From Fastidiosibacter lacustris (lineage in GTDB: Bacteria; Pseudomonadota; Gammaproteobacteria; Francisellales; Francisellaceae), in NCBI RefSeq assembly GCF_003428155.1, contig NZ_QLIR01000002.1:120001-152000 (forward strand): a DNA stretch of 32,000 nt, in the 5' to 3' direction. The position numbers and the translations under genes were made by a program. The notes beneath the pieces are model-generated. The model did no database searches and was not told the origin of the DNA. It was given only the letters and a program-made list of their open reading frames with translations. Position 1 is the stretch's first letter, and each line of letters begins with the position of its first letter. Below are positions 1-8,468 of this stretch, piece after piece.

Positions 1-2
1 AT

Positions 3-338
3 TACATTGTAAATGAAGCTGTTGTGGCTGAGTTTATCAAATCTATGTTATTAAGTGTAAAGGGTGATAAAGCGTATGAAAGTTTTGTTGATGAAGTATC
101 ATGGTCGATTTTACAAGCTGGTTTAAAAAGTTTTAACAAAACACAGATGACACAATCTGTATTTAAAAATTTCATGATTAACGGTAACAACTTTAGCGTT
201 GAATTAGTCGATAAAAACAACAAAGCAATTTTGATGATTTCTGGGAGGTTTGTTCATCAGCCACTTGAAACACAAAAACAGGTGAATATAAATCCTTTAG
301 GAATTTATATTCAAAAACTGACAATCCAAAGGTTGTAA
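3..338 (+). CDS. VirB8/TrbF-like protein, C-terminal fragment (5' end outside window)
   Basis: The frame is open from nt 3 to the left edge, with no stop before the GTG at 24. The C-terminus ...QVNINPLGIYIQKL carries the NPxG motif that closes VirB8/TrbF NTF2-like domains, at the same relative position as IINPLGLKLGF in the next ORF. The stop at 336-338 lies 3 nt before the next start. Confidence 0.45.
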   Translation, partial: YIVNEAVVAEFIKSMLLSVKGDKAYESFVDEVSWSILQAGLKSFNKTQMTQSVFKNFMINGNNFSVELVDKNNKAILMISGRFVHQPLETQKQVNINPLGIYIQKLTIQRL

Positions 339-341
339 TGA

Positions 342-1010
342 ATGAAAGAAGAGCAACAAGGTAAAACAAACTATCAACGAGCCTATGAAGAGTGGGAAGC
401 TCGTATTGGTAGTGCTAAAAAGCAAGCACGTAATTGGATGATGGCAAGCATTGCGATTTTGATTATTTGTATTTTATTAGTGCTAGCAATTATCATCGAA
501 GCAAATAGACAAAAAATGTATGTTTACGTTGCCGAAGTAAAACCACAAGAAAGTGTTGTCAATGTCCAAACAGCTTCACAGAGTTATGTTCCAACGGTGG
601 CGCAGAAAATTTCGTTTGCAAGTGACTTCATTAAGAATATTACTGAAATTCCGCTTGATCCTATTGTTTTAAATCGCCAATGGCAAGCAGCACTACTTTC
701 TGTATCAGGGCGAGCAGAAGATCAACTCAAACAAGTGTATCAAGCGCTTAACCCGTTAAAGTTGATTGGTGATAAAACCATTACCACAGTGGTGACAAAT
801 GCAAATGAAGCGAGTAATAATAGTTTTGAAATCACGTTTCAAACGACAACTTATAACAGAGATGGTGCAGTTGAGAGTGTAAAAATTTACTCTGGAATTT
901 TTACTTTCTCACCCAGCATTCCACCAAAAACTTTAAACCAAATGATCATTAATCCATTAGGGTTAAAATTAGGGTTCTTCTCATTTAGCGAAAAAGGATC
1001 AAGTCAATGA
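342..1010 (+). CDS. trbF: T4SS inner-membrane protein TrbF (VirB8 family)
   Basis: The N-terminus YQRAYEEWEARIGSAKKQARNWMMASI is followed by a single TM segment (AILIICILLVLAIII) and a periplasmic domain ending INPLG, which is the classic TrbF/VirB8 architecture. AAAGG lies about 10 nt upstream. The stop overlaps the trbG start (ATGA). Confidence 0.8.
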   Translation: MKEEQQGKTNYQRAYEEWEARIGSAKKQARNWMMASIAILIICILLVLAIIIEANRQKMYVYVAEVKPQESVVNVQTASQSYVPTVAQKISFASDFIKNITEIPLDPIVLNRQWQAALLSVSGRAEDQLKQVYQALNPLKLIGDKTITTVVTNANEASNNSFEITFQTTTYNRDGAVESVKIYSGIFTFSPSIPPKTLNQMIINPLGLKLGFFSFSEKGSSQ

Positions 1011-2038
1011 AATTGAAAAAAATAAGCCATTTACTTCCAATAACCACTATTGTAATGCTAGGTTGTGCAACCAATAGTTATCAAGGTGATATTGATTCAG
1101 GTAAATTTGTTGAAGCAAAGCAAGAAGGTAGTGCAGGTGCTAAAGTAATTCGTGAGTATATTCCTGTGCCTATGCCAGGACAACTTCGCCCTGTACCAAA
1201 TGCAGAAGTTGAAAAAACGACACAAAAACCAATTTTGACAAAAGAGCAAGTAGTTGCACAAGCGAATAAAAATGCACAACACTTTCCGGATCAAAACGAT
1301 TTCTTTAATGCAATGATGACATATAGTTATATGCCAGGTGCGATGTACACAATTTATACAGCACCTCTTAACATTACAGATATCGTCTTTGAACCTAATG
1401 AAAAAATCATTTCGCAAGCAGCAGGTGATACACTTAGATGGCAGATAGCATCTACTTATAGTGGCGAAGGAAAAGATTTGCGTTGGCATATTTTAGTTAA
1501 GCCACAAAAATCTGACCTTACTAACTCAATGATTATCACAACAAATAAGCGGACGTATCACGTGATCTTGAAATCAGTAGATCCAGATCAGGCAATGGTT
1601 TCAGTTAGATGGCAATACCCAAGTGATATGGTGCAAGGCTTTAATGGTGGTAATTTAGGGAATTTGAATGCTGGAGTTGAAAATAGTACATTACTGCCAC
1701 CACCACAACAATTATCAGGTATGGATTTAAATTTATCAGAGATGAAGTTTAACTATACTTGGAGCATGTTAAAAGGTGATACGCCAGCGTGGTACCCTGA
1801 GCAGATCTTTAGCTCAGGACATCAAACTTATATCAAATTCCCACATGAAGTCGTAGTCAGTAATGCGACGATGCCTGTCCCATTTATTAAATCAAATGAT
1901 GGTGGTTATGGTACGGCAAACTTCAACTGGCGGATGAAAGGCGATTATATGATTGTCGATACAGTAATCAAAGATGCATATTTGAAAATTGGAACAAAAC
2001 AATCTGGTGAAACAGTCGTTGAAATTTCACAAAAATAA
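1007..2038 (+). CDS. trbG: T4SS outer-membrane core protein TrbG (VirB9 family), predicted lipoprotein
   Basis: It has VirB9-type N-domain and C-domain motifs: YMPGAMYTIYTAPLNITDIVFEPNEKI...GDTLRWQI...WHILVKPQKSDLTNSMIITTNKRTYHVILKS, then WYPEQIFSSGHQTYIKFP. The N-terminus MKLKKISHLLPITTIVMLGC resembles a lipobox signal. Confidence 0.85.
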   Translation: MKLKKISHLLPITTIVMLGCATNSYQGDIDSGKFVEAKQEGSAGAKVIREYIPVPMPGQLRPVPNAEVEKTTQKPILTKEQVVAQANKNAQHFPDQNDFFNAMMTYSYMPGAMYTIYTAPLNITDIVFEPNEKIISQAAGDTLRWQIASTYSGEGKDLRWHILVKPQKSDLTNSMIITTNKRTYHVILKSVDPDQAMVSVRWQYPSDMVQGFNGGNLGNLNAGVENSTLLPPPQQLSGMDLNLSEMKFNYTWSMLKGDTPAWYPEQIFSSGHQTYIKFPHEVVVSNATMPVPFIKSNDGGYGTANFNWRMKGDYMIVDTVIKDAYLKIGTKQSGETVVEISQK

Positions 2039-2056
2039 ATATAATCAAGGGTTATT

Positions 2057-3319
2057 ATGGCTAAGAAAGAGCAAGATAAACTTTCGGTAAGAACAACGCC
2101 ACCAAGGTCATCTGAGCTAAACAAAAAGTTAATTACGTTCGTTGGCGGAGCATTATTACTTATCATTATCGTTGCATTTATTTTTTCAATTAATGCACCT
2201 AAAAAAACAACCACAGACATCAATAGCTCGAATCTTAGTGCCCATTCATCAGGACAGAATCTCAAGGTTTCAGATGAACTGTCTAGCTATAAAGATGCAC
2301 AAGCAATTCGTAAAAAGCTAGGGATGGATCAACCCGTTAAGGTCGTTCAACAGGAGAATCCAGAGTTGCAGCGCATGATTAATCAGCAGCGCTCACAACT
2401 GCAAGAGTTGCAAGTGCAAATTAATAACCTGAAAACTCAACCAATAGCACCACAAAAACCAACTGAGCCAAGTTACTCACCAATGGATCGGGAGGCGATG
2501 AATGCGCCGATTTTCTTTGGTGGTGGAGCGCCTCGCCCAATTCCACAAGATAATCAGCAGCCAGAAAAAGCAGCTCAAGATGGTCAACAAACTGGAAAAA
2601 CAGCAGAAGAGCAGAGAGAGAACTTCATGAAAGGCGGGCTTACGGCTAAGGATATTACCAATCAAAACATAATTCAAAAACCCATATCTGACAACGTCAT
2701 TATGGCGGGTAACTCAATTCCTGCGATTTTGCAAACAAAAATTATTTCAGACTTGCCAGGTACAATTGTTGCTCGTGTGTCAAAAGATGTCTACGATACT
2801 TTAAGTGGAGGGGTGTTACTGATCCCACGTGGTAGTTCCTTGATTGGTCAGTATAACTCTCAAACTGTCTATGGTGATACCAGTGTCCAGGTAAAATTTA
2901 TTCGTTTGATTAGACCAGATGGTACATCAATTATTTTACCAAATCAGCAAGGCATGGATGACTCAGGAGTATCAGGCTTAGCAGATGAAGTGAATAATCA
3001 CTGGGGACAACTCATTGGTGCTGCGGCATTATCAACTGTATTTAATGTGCCAGCAGTAGCGGCTCAGGTAGCCAGCCAACAAAGTGGTGCAGTTTGTACT
3101 GTCAATAGCGATGGAACCAAAAGCTGTACACCCGACTATGGCCAAGTAGCGCAAAGCTCAGTATTGCAAAGCTTAGGTCAAACAGCAACTCAAGTAGGTG
3201 GTAAGGTTACAGAGCGTGCAATGAATATTAAACCTACAATTACTATTAACGCAGGTAAAGAATTTTCTGTTTTGGTCACTAAAGACACTTATTTACCGCC
3301 TTATGGGCAGAGTGAATAA
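2057..3319 (+). CDS. trbI: T4SS core protein TrbI (VirB10 family)
   Basis: Short cytoplasmic N-terminus, TM segment (LITFVGGALLLIIIVAFIF), Q/P-rich coiled linker, and a C-terminal TrbI/VirB10 barrel: IPAILQTKIISDLPG...LLIPRGSSLIGQYNSQTVYGDTSVQVKFIRLIRPDGTSI...GMDDSGVSGLADEVNNHWG. AAGGG SD upstream. Confidence 0.85.
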   Translation: MAKKEQDKLSVRTTPPRSSELNKKLITFVGGALLLIIIVAFIFSINAPKKTTTDINSSNLSAHSSGQNLKVSDELSSYKDAQAIRKKLGMDQPVKVVQQENPELQRMINQQRSQLQELQVQINNLKTQPIAPQKPTEPSYSPMDREAMNAPIFFGGGAPRPIPQDNQQPEKAAQDGQQTGKTAEEQRENFMKGGLTAKDITNQNIIQKPISDNVIMAGNSIPAILQTKIISDLPGTIVARVSKDVYDTLSGGVLLIPRGSSLIGQYNSQTVYGDTSVQVKFIRLIRPDGTSIILPNQQGMDDSGVSGLADEVNNHWGQLIGAAALSTVFNVPAVAAQVASQQSGAVCTVNSDGTKSCTPDYGQVAQSSVLQSLGQTATQVGGKVTERAMNIKPTITINAGKEFSVLVTKDTYLPPYGQSE

Positions 3320-3690
3320 TGAAGCGCGGAATAATTTTACTGTTGACGATATTGAGCTTACATGCCTATGGCAATGACTATGGTTCGGATAATGGTAACA
3401 ATATGTATGGTAATACTCCTGCAACCTCAGCAACTAATAATAGCAGTAATAACAATAATAATGCGCAAGGAAATCAGCAGCTTCTGCAAGAGATGAATAA
3501 GAAAACCTCTAAAGGTTTGAAAGTTTTTGATAAATTGTTACGGGATGACGGTCAATCAAAAGAAGACTTTCTTGCCGATGTGGGACAAAATCCAACTGCT
3601 GATCAGTTTGAAGGTGGTGATAGTAGTGGTGGTCGTGTTGAAAACCCGTTTGCAAAAATATTGGGTGCTGATGCACAAAGTAATCAATAG
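3319..3690 (+). CDS. small secreted low-complexity (N/Q/G/S-rich) protein, unknown function, embedded in the T4SS operon
   Basis: Its start overlaps the trbI stop (TAATG). Signal-peptide-like N-terminus MKRGIILLLTILSLHAYG. No cysteine, so it is not a lipoprotein. N-rich tract NNSSNNNNNAQGNQQ. I recognise no family. Confidence 0.55.
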   Translation: MKRGIILLLTILSLHAYGNDYGSDNGNNMYGNTPATSATNNSSNNNNNAQGNQQLLQEMNKKTSKGLKVFDKLLRDDGQSKEDFLADVGQNPTADQFEGGDSSGGRVENPFAKILGADAQSNQ

Positions 3691-3697
3691 GTAAATT

Positions 3698-4831
3698 ATG
3701 GCAGATGTAACAAATGTTTTAGGTACACGGTTATTAGACGATATCCAGTTTGGATTTATTGGGCAGATCAATCAGCAGCTTAGCACATTACAGAATTCTG
3801 CTTTAGCATTGTTAGCAATTGTTGCAGGATTAGAGCTTGTTATATTTGGATTAGTCTGGATTATTAAACATGACGAAGGTGTAGGCAATCTTATCGTTAA
3901 GATCATTAAGATTGGTTTTTTCTTTACAATCGTTAAGTATTTCCCCGAATTGCTAAACATGATTTTAGTTACCTTTCTTAAAGTAGGTTATATTATAGCA
4001 CCTGAAAAATCGCAAGCGTTATTGTATAGTCCTGGTAAGGTTTGGGTGATAGGTTTTAAAGCTGGAGTGTCGACGATGAAGATCTCAGTAGAGTATGGTA
4101 CATTTAATGTGGGACTTTCTATGCTTTACTTGATTTTAGGAATGGGACTTCTCTTGATTTTTGCTGCTATTGGTGCGCAGATTATTATTTCTGTAGTATT
4201 ATTCTATTTTGTTGCGGTTTTATCATTAATTGTGGTGCCTTTAGGTGTGTTTAAACCGACTCAGGATTTATTCTATAAAGCGATTCAGCATTTGTTGCGT
4301 ACAGGCGTTAGATTGCTAGCAGTGATTTTTATTTTAGGAGTTGCATTTACATTGTTCCAAAGCTTAAAAATTACATCAATTAGTGATTCAACCAGTTTAG
4401 AGAAACCATTAGCATTATTTTTTACGTCGTTTATCTTACTGATTCTGATTTATACTTTGCCTTCTTATTTGGCAAGAGCAGTTGGTAAACCGGGTGGCAA
4501 TATCTTCCAAAATATGATGGCCCCTGCAACGGCAAATGTTGTCGTATCACCGTCGATGCAATCCACACATGTTTCAGTATCTCCTGTGGGAGCTGCTGCG
4601 TCTATGCATGGTGTAGCAGGTTCTAGTGTCGCAATGGGTGGAGCGGTACAATCAGGTGCTACTATTGTATCAGGTGGATCTTATGCAGGTAGTGGAAATA
4701 CAAATGTCAACGTTTCAACCACTGTTCAAGGTGCTTCACTTAATAGTCGTAAGCAAGACAAAGTAGCAGAGGCTTCAACTGTTAACAAGAGTATTTCCGA
4801 TAGTACCATACGTAAAATTAAAGAAGATTAA
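3698..4831 (+). CDS. trbL: T4SS polytopic inner-membrane protein TrbL (VirB6 family)
   Basis: The N-terminal pattern LLDDIQFGFIGQINQQLSTLQNSALALLAIVAGLELVIFGLVW...KIIKIGFFFTIV, multiple TM segments, and a roughly 110-aa S/G/A/V-rich C-terminal tail are typical of TrbL/VirB6. Confidence 0.8.
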   Translation: MADVTNVLGTRLLDDIQFGFIGQINQQLSTLQNSALALLAIVAGLELVIFGLVWIIKHDEGVGNLIVKIIKIGFFFTIVKYFPELLNMILVTFLKVGYIIAPEKSQALLYSPGKVWVIGFKAGVSTMKISVEYGTFNVGLSMLYLILGMGLLLIFAAIGAQIIISVVLFYFVAVLSLIVVPLGVFKPTQDLFYKAIQHLLRTGVRLLAVIFILGVAFTLFQSLKITSISDSTSLEKPLALFFTSFILLILIYTLPSYLARAVGKPGGNIFQNMMAPATANVVVSPSMQSTHVSVSPVGAAASMHGVAGSSVAMGGAVQSGATIVSGGSYAGSGNTNVNVSTTVQGASLNSRKQDKVAEASTVNKSISDSTIRKIKED

Positions 4832-4836
4832 AATAA

Positions 4837-5337
4837 ATGATCCGCTTTGAAGCACTTTATAAGGGACTTATTACCATTGTAATTTTTTACGTTATATATT
4901 GGATATTGTACACCTTTCATATAGGTTTTATTAAACAACTTACACCAAGTATGCCACAAGGGTGGTATTTTACTTATCCAGTGATTGCGTTAGATAAAGG
5001 TGATAACGTTGTTTTTATGCCTAATACGCAAACAGAAGATTATGTAGTTGAACGTGGTTGGTTGCCAACTGGAGTGCCATTTATAAAGAAAGTTGTTGGA
5101 TTACCTGGGGATTTTCTATGTATAAAGGATCAATCCGTTTATATTAATGAGAAGTGGATTGCAAGCGTATATATCAAAGATGATAAAGGCAGGTCATTAC
5201 CTGTATTTAGGTACTGTGCACAAATCCCAAAAGATCAATATTTTATGCAAGGTGTTGCCCATTCTCATTCTTTTGATAGTCGATATTATGGGCTTGTTAG
5301 CCGTAACCAAATTGTGAGTAAGGCAATAAAGTTATGA
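4837..5337 (+). CDS. traF: conjugative-transfer signal peptidase TraF (S26 family)
   Basis: S26 boxes are present: TPSMPQG (catalytic Ser box), IKKVVGLPGD (catalytic Lys box) and FDSRYYG. The size (166 aa) and single N-terminal TM match TraF-type pilin-maturation peptidases. Confidence 0.8.
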   Translation: MIRFEALYKGLITIVIFYVIYWILYTFHIGFIKQLTPSMPQGWYFTYPVIALDKGDNVVFMPNTQTEDYVVERGWLPTGVPFIKKVVGLPGDFLCIKDQSVYINEKWIASVYIKDDKGRSLPVFRYCAQIPKDQYFMQGVAHSHSFDSRYYGLVSRNQIVSKAIKL

Positions 5338-6284
5338 TACAAAGAGTATTAATTGAAGAACGCCAATTAAACATGCTAAGAACAGCATTTGGTCAGCAGA
5401 TTATGGCGTATTTATATGATGATAAAATTATTGAAATCATGTTAAACCCAGATGGTCGAGTACATTATGAACGTATTGGTGAGGGAAAGGTTGCAACCGA
5501 TATTTATATTCCAGCAGAGCAAAGTGAGAATATCGTTAAGCTTGTTGCTTCATTTAAGAATCACGTGGCTAATGAGGAGCACCCTGAAGTAGCTGCTGAG
5601 TTGCCATTCCAAGGTGCACGTTTTCAAGGTTGGTTACCTCCTGTTGTAAATCGTGCTTGTTTTTCGATCCGAAGACGTGCGATTGCAATTTTTACTTTGG
5701 ACCAATACGTTGAGCAAGGTGCATTAACCAATAATCAGTCAGAAGGGTTAAAACGTGCTGTGCATGAACGTAAAAACATTGTCGTGGTTGGCGGAACGGG
5801 TTCAGGTAAAACCACATTTTGTAATGCATTATTGGCTGAACTAACAGGTAGTCAAGATCGTGTGCTGGTGATAGAGGATTTACCAGAGTTACAGGTAGAC
5901 GTTGACGATTTGGTGTCGATGACAACAACCTCTTTTGTTAGTATGCGGGAATTAGTAAAGGGTTCGTTGAGAATGCGTCCAGATCGGATTATTATTGGCG
6001 AAGTTCGAGATGGTTCTGCCTTGGACTTGTTGAAAGCTTGGAATACAGGGCACCCAGGGGGAGTATGTACGATTCACGCCAACAGCGTAGAATCAACACC
6101 TTACCGCTTTGAGGATTTGATTCAAGAAGCCGTAGTAACTGTACCTAGAACACTTATTTTACAAGCAATAGACCTTATTGTTTTTATTGCCAGAGATAGA
6201 GCAGGCAAGCGTAAGATTACCGATTTGGTTGAATTATCTGGTTATCAAAATAATCAATATCTATTAACGCCTTATAAAGTATAG
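5334..6284 (+). CDS. trbB: T4SS hexameric ATPase TrbB (VirB11 family)
   Basis: Walker A VVVGGTGSGKTT, then RPDRIIIGEVRDGSALDLLKAWNTGHPGG.CTIHAN (VirB11/GspE His-box region). The start overlaps the traF stop (ATGA). Confidence 0.9.
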   Translation: MIQRVLIEERQLNMLRTAFGQQIMAYLYDDKIIEIMLNPDGRVHYERIGEGKVATDIYIPAEQSENIVKLVASFKNHVANEEHPEVAAELPFQGARFQGWLPPVVNRACFSIRRRAIAIFTLDQYVEQGALTNNQSEGLKRAVHERKNIVVVGGTGSGKTTFCNALLAELTGSQDRVLVIEDLPELQVDVDDLVSMTTTSFVSMRELVKGSLRMRPDRIIIGEVRDGSALDLLKAWNTGHPGGVCTIHANSVESTPYRFEDLIQEAVVTVPRTLILQAIDLIVFIARDRAGKRKITDLVELSGYQNNQYLLTPYKV

Positions 6285-6346
6285 TATTTACACTGTTTTT
6301 CTTACGAAGCTTAGTTATACTATAGACAGTTTTATTTAATGGACTA

Positions 6347-7306
6347 ATGTGCATGTTGTCATTTTTGTTATCACGCTTGCAAAGCAGAACACTTATTGCA
6401 ATTGATTGGTCAGATCGCTATTTGCGCATAGTCGTTTTAAAGAAAAAAGCTATAGGTCAGTATGTATTGGAAGTCGCAGATTGCGAAGTATTGGAAGCAG
6501 GGATCATCGAGAATAATCAAATTATTGATTTCGCAACTGTGGCTGAAACGCTCATCGATTTGTTAAAACGAAATAAGGTGAAGAGCAAAAAAGTAGGATT
6601 TGTCTTAAGCAGCACCAATGTTATTAGCAAAACAATACAGATAGATAAAGGACTTAACGAAACACAACTTAAAGATGCGATCTTATTAGACTTCAATAAA
6701 TACGTTTCTTATCCGGTTGAAGATACATTTTTTGATTTTAAGTTAATACCACAAAGTGATAGTACTAGCCAAGCACTATTACTTATTGCAGCACATAAAG
6801 ACCACATTGAACAATATCAACGTTTGGCTAAAATCTGTAGGTTATCGATTGAGGTTATTGATGTTGATAGTTATGTGTTGCAGCGTTATATGCAGATTTT
6901 TCATGTCAGTTATAATGAAGATTATAATGTGCTCGTCTGTTTGAATTATAAACGATTTAAGATTCACATCTTTGATAATGATAATATTTACCTAGCTGAA
7001 CATAAAAGCGTTTCTGCAAGCTTAAACGAAGAAGACTATTTGAATACACTTTCCGCTTGGCTTATACGTAATTTGCAGATGTTTGATGTATCTAATAAAG
7101 GTAAAAAACTTGAGCGATTGATGCTTTATGGTGATCGTGTTGAGATTGATAATTTGACGCAAGTAGTAAAAGACTTTACAGGGCTAGAGGCCATAATGAT
7201 CAATCCTTTTACTCATTTGTTGAATATGAACCAAGCTCAACAAATTAAGCATGGTGCAGGTTATGTCCTTACGGTTGGTTTAGCAACAAGAGAAGGAATC
7301 AGCTGA
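6347..7306 (+). CDS. pilM: type IVa pilus assembly ATPase-fold protein PilM
   Basis: An actin-like PilM beginning LIAIDWSDRYLRIVVL. It is the first gene of a coupled pilMNOPQ series. Alternative ATG at 6353. Confidence 0.8.
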   Translation: MCMLSFLLSRLQSRTLIAIDWSDRYLRIVVLKKKAIGQYVLEVADCEVLEAGIIENNQIIDFATVAETLIDLLKRNKVKSKKVGFVLSSTNVISKTIQIDKGLNETQLKDAILLDFNKYVSYPVEDTFFDFKLIPQSDSTSQALLLIAAHKDHIEQYQRLAKICRLSIEVIDVDSYVLQRYMQIFHVSYNEDYNVLVCLNYKRFKIHIFDNDNIYLAEHKSVSASLNEEDYLNTLSAWLIRNLQMFDVSNKGKKLERLMLYGDRVEIDNLTQVVKDFTGLEAIMINPFTHLLNMNQAQQIKHGAGYVLTVGLATREGIS

Positions 7307-7869
7307 TGCACGAATTTAACTTATTGCCGTGGCGACAAATTTGTCAAAAGAGGCATTTGCAAGCACTTCTTTTTGACTTGATTTTCGTAGCACTAATAGG
7401 TGTTTTAATTACAATTATTTGGGTGATCATCGCTTCACAAGGATTGTCGAATCAATATAAGCGCAATAATTATTTAAAAGAGCAAACTACAGTTTATGCA
7501 AAAGAAAATGCTCGCATCGTTAAATTAGAGGAGGAAAAGATAGCATTATTGGGAAAAATTGAGCTATTAAACAATTTAGAAACTGAGCGTCAGAGAGTAT
7601 TATCAGTTTGGTCGGGCTTATCTTCAGCTTTGCCTACATCCGTTTATCTAACGAGCATCCACAAAAATAAAAATGAACTTTCATTTGAAGGACGTGCTGA
7701 GCATAGTAAAGCAGTTGCACAATTGATGCGTGCCTTAGAAAACGATCCAACTTTTGATAGACCAGTGTTATCTAATATTAGTTTAATTGGTAAGCCTGGT
7801 TATGGTGCTGAGAATGCCTTTAAAATAACTGTTAACATTACTCAAAAAATAAAAAAGGAACCACAATGA
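7306..7869 (+). CDS. pilN: type IVa pilus assembly protein PilN
   Basis: The N-terminal FNLLPWRQ motif (PilM-binding peptide) is followed by one TM segment and a coiled coil. The start overlaps the pilM stop by 1 nt. Confidence 0.85.
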   Translation: MHEFNLLPWRQICQKRHLQALLFDLIFVALIGVLITIIWVIIASQGLSNQYKRNNYLKEQTTVYAKENARIVKLEEEKIALLGKIELLNNLETERQRVLSVWSGLSSALPTSVYLTSIHKNKNELSFEGRAEHSKAVAQLMRALENDPTFDRPVLSNISLIGKPGYGAENAFKITVNITQKIKKEPQ

Positions 7870-8468
7870 AGAAGTTGATAATTGTGGTATTGGATAGCTT
7901 AAGCGTACAACCATTTTGGATCAAGCTTATTTTAAACTTAATCACCCTATTGTTCGTAATAGGGCTAGGTTATGTTACTGTAGTGAGTATGCGTTATCAA
8001 CAAAGAGAAAATGCCTTTGCTCTTGAGTCTCAGTATAAAGAACAGTTGGTTAAGAGTATTTCACGTAGTAAGGCGTTACCTATATTGGCACAGCAAGTAG
8101 AAACCTTACAAGAAATATTTAACTATTCGCTTGATGCGTTGCCTACCGATAGTGAGCTACCACAATTAATAGAACAGCTATCAGATTTAGCCTTTCAAAA
8201 TGGACTGCGTGTTAAGTTACTCAATCCACAACCATTGGAGTATAAAGAAAATTATGCAATTTTGGATATAGATCTGTCTTGTGATGGAACTTTTGAGCAA
8301 TTGTCTAATTTCGTTAATAAACTAGAAACATTACCGCGTATTATATTGATTGAAAACTATCGTATTGTGCCTTATACCTCAGTCAGTGAATATGGGATAT
8401 TACAAATGAGTATGAGCTTGCAAACTTTTAGCTTGAAGCTCAAACCAAATATGGGAGAAAACCAATGA
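7866..8468 (+). CDS. pilO: type IVa pilus assembly protein PilO
   Basis: Position, size (200 aa), single TM segment, coiled coil and C-terminal ferredoxin-like domain all fit PilO. ATGA overlap with pilN. Confidence 0.75.
   Translation: MKKLIIVVLDSLSVQPFWIKLILNLITLLFVIGLGYVTVVSMRYQQRENAFALESQYKEQLVKSISRSKALPILAQQVETLQEIFNYSLDALPTDSELPQLIEQLSDLAFQNGLRVKLLNPQPLEYKENYAILDIDLSCDGTFEQLSNFVNKLETLPRIILIENYRIVPYTSVSEYGILQMSMSLQTFSLKLKPNMGENQ

Noticed and set aside
1097-2265. Antisense ORFs inside trbG/trbI (130 aa and 106 aa). Similar ones occur at 2477-2677, 3556-3960, 5692-5928, 16071-16298, 17781-17969, 18648-18893, 20528-20851, 20924-21130, 21531-21838, 22284-22472, 22816-23028, 23232-23429, 24771-25034, 25631-25813, 26309-26693, 27606-27797, 29019-29684, 30085-30270 and 31214-31438.
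   Set aside because: All are fully embedded, antisense or out of frame, in ORFs with strong family signatures. Their Cys/Ile/Phe-rich compositions are typical of shadow ORFs in AT-rich DNA.
6285-6346. Possible sigma70 promoter for pilM (TTACGA ... TATAGA / TATACT)
   Set aside because: The spacings between the candidate -35 and -10 hexamers are 13 or 8 nt, so no acceptable 16-18 nt arrangement exists.
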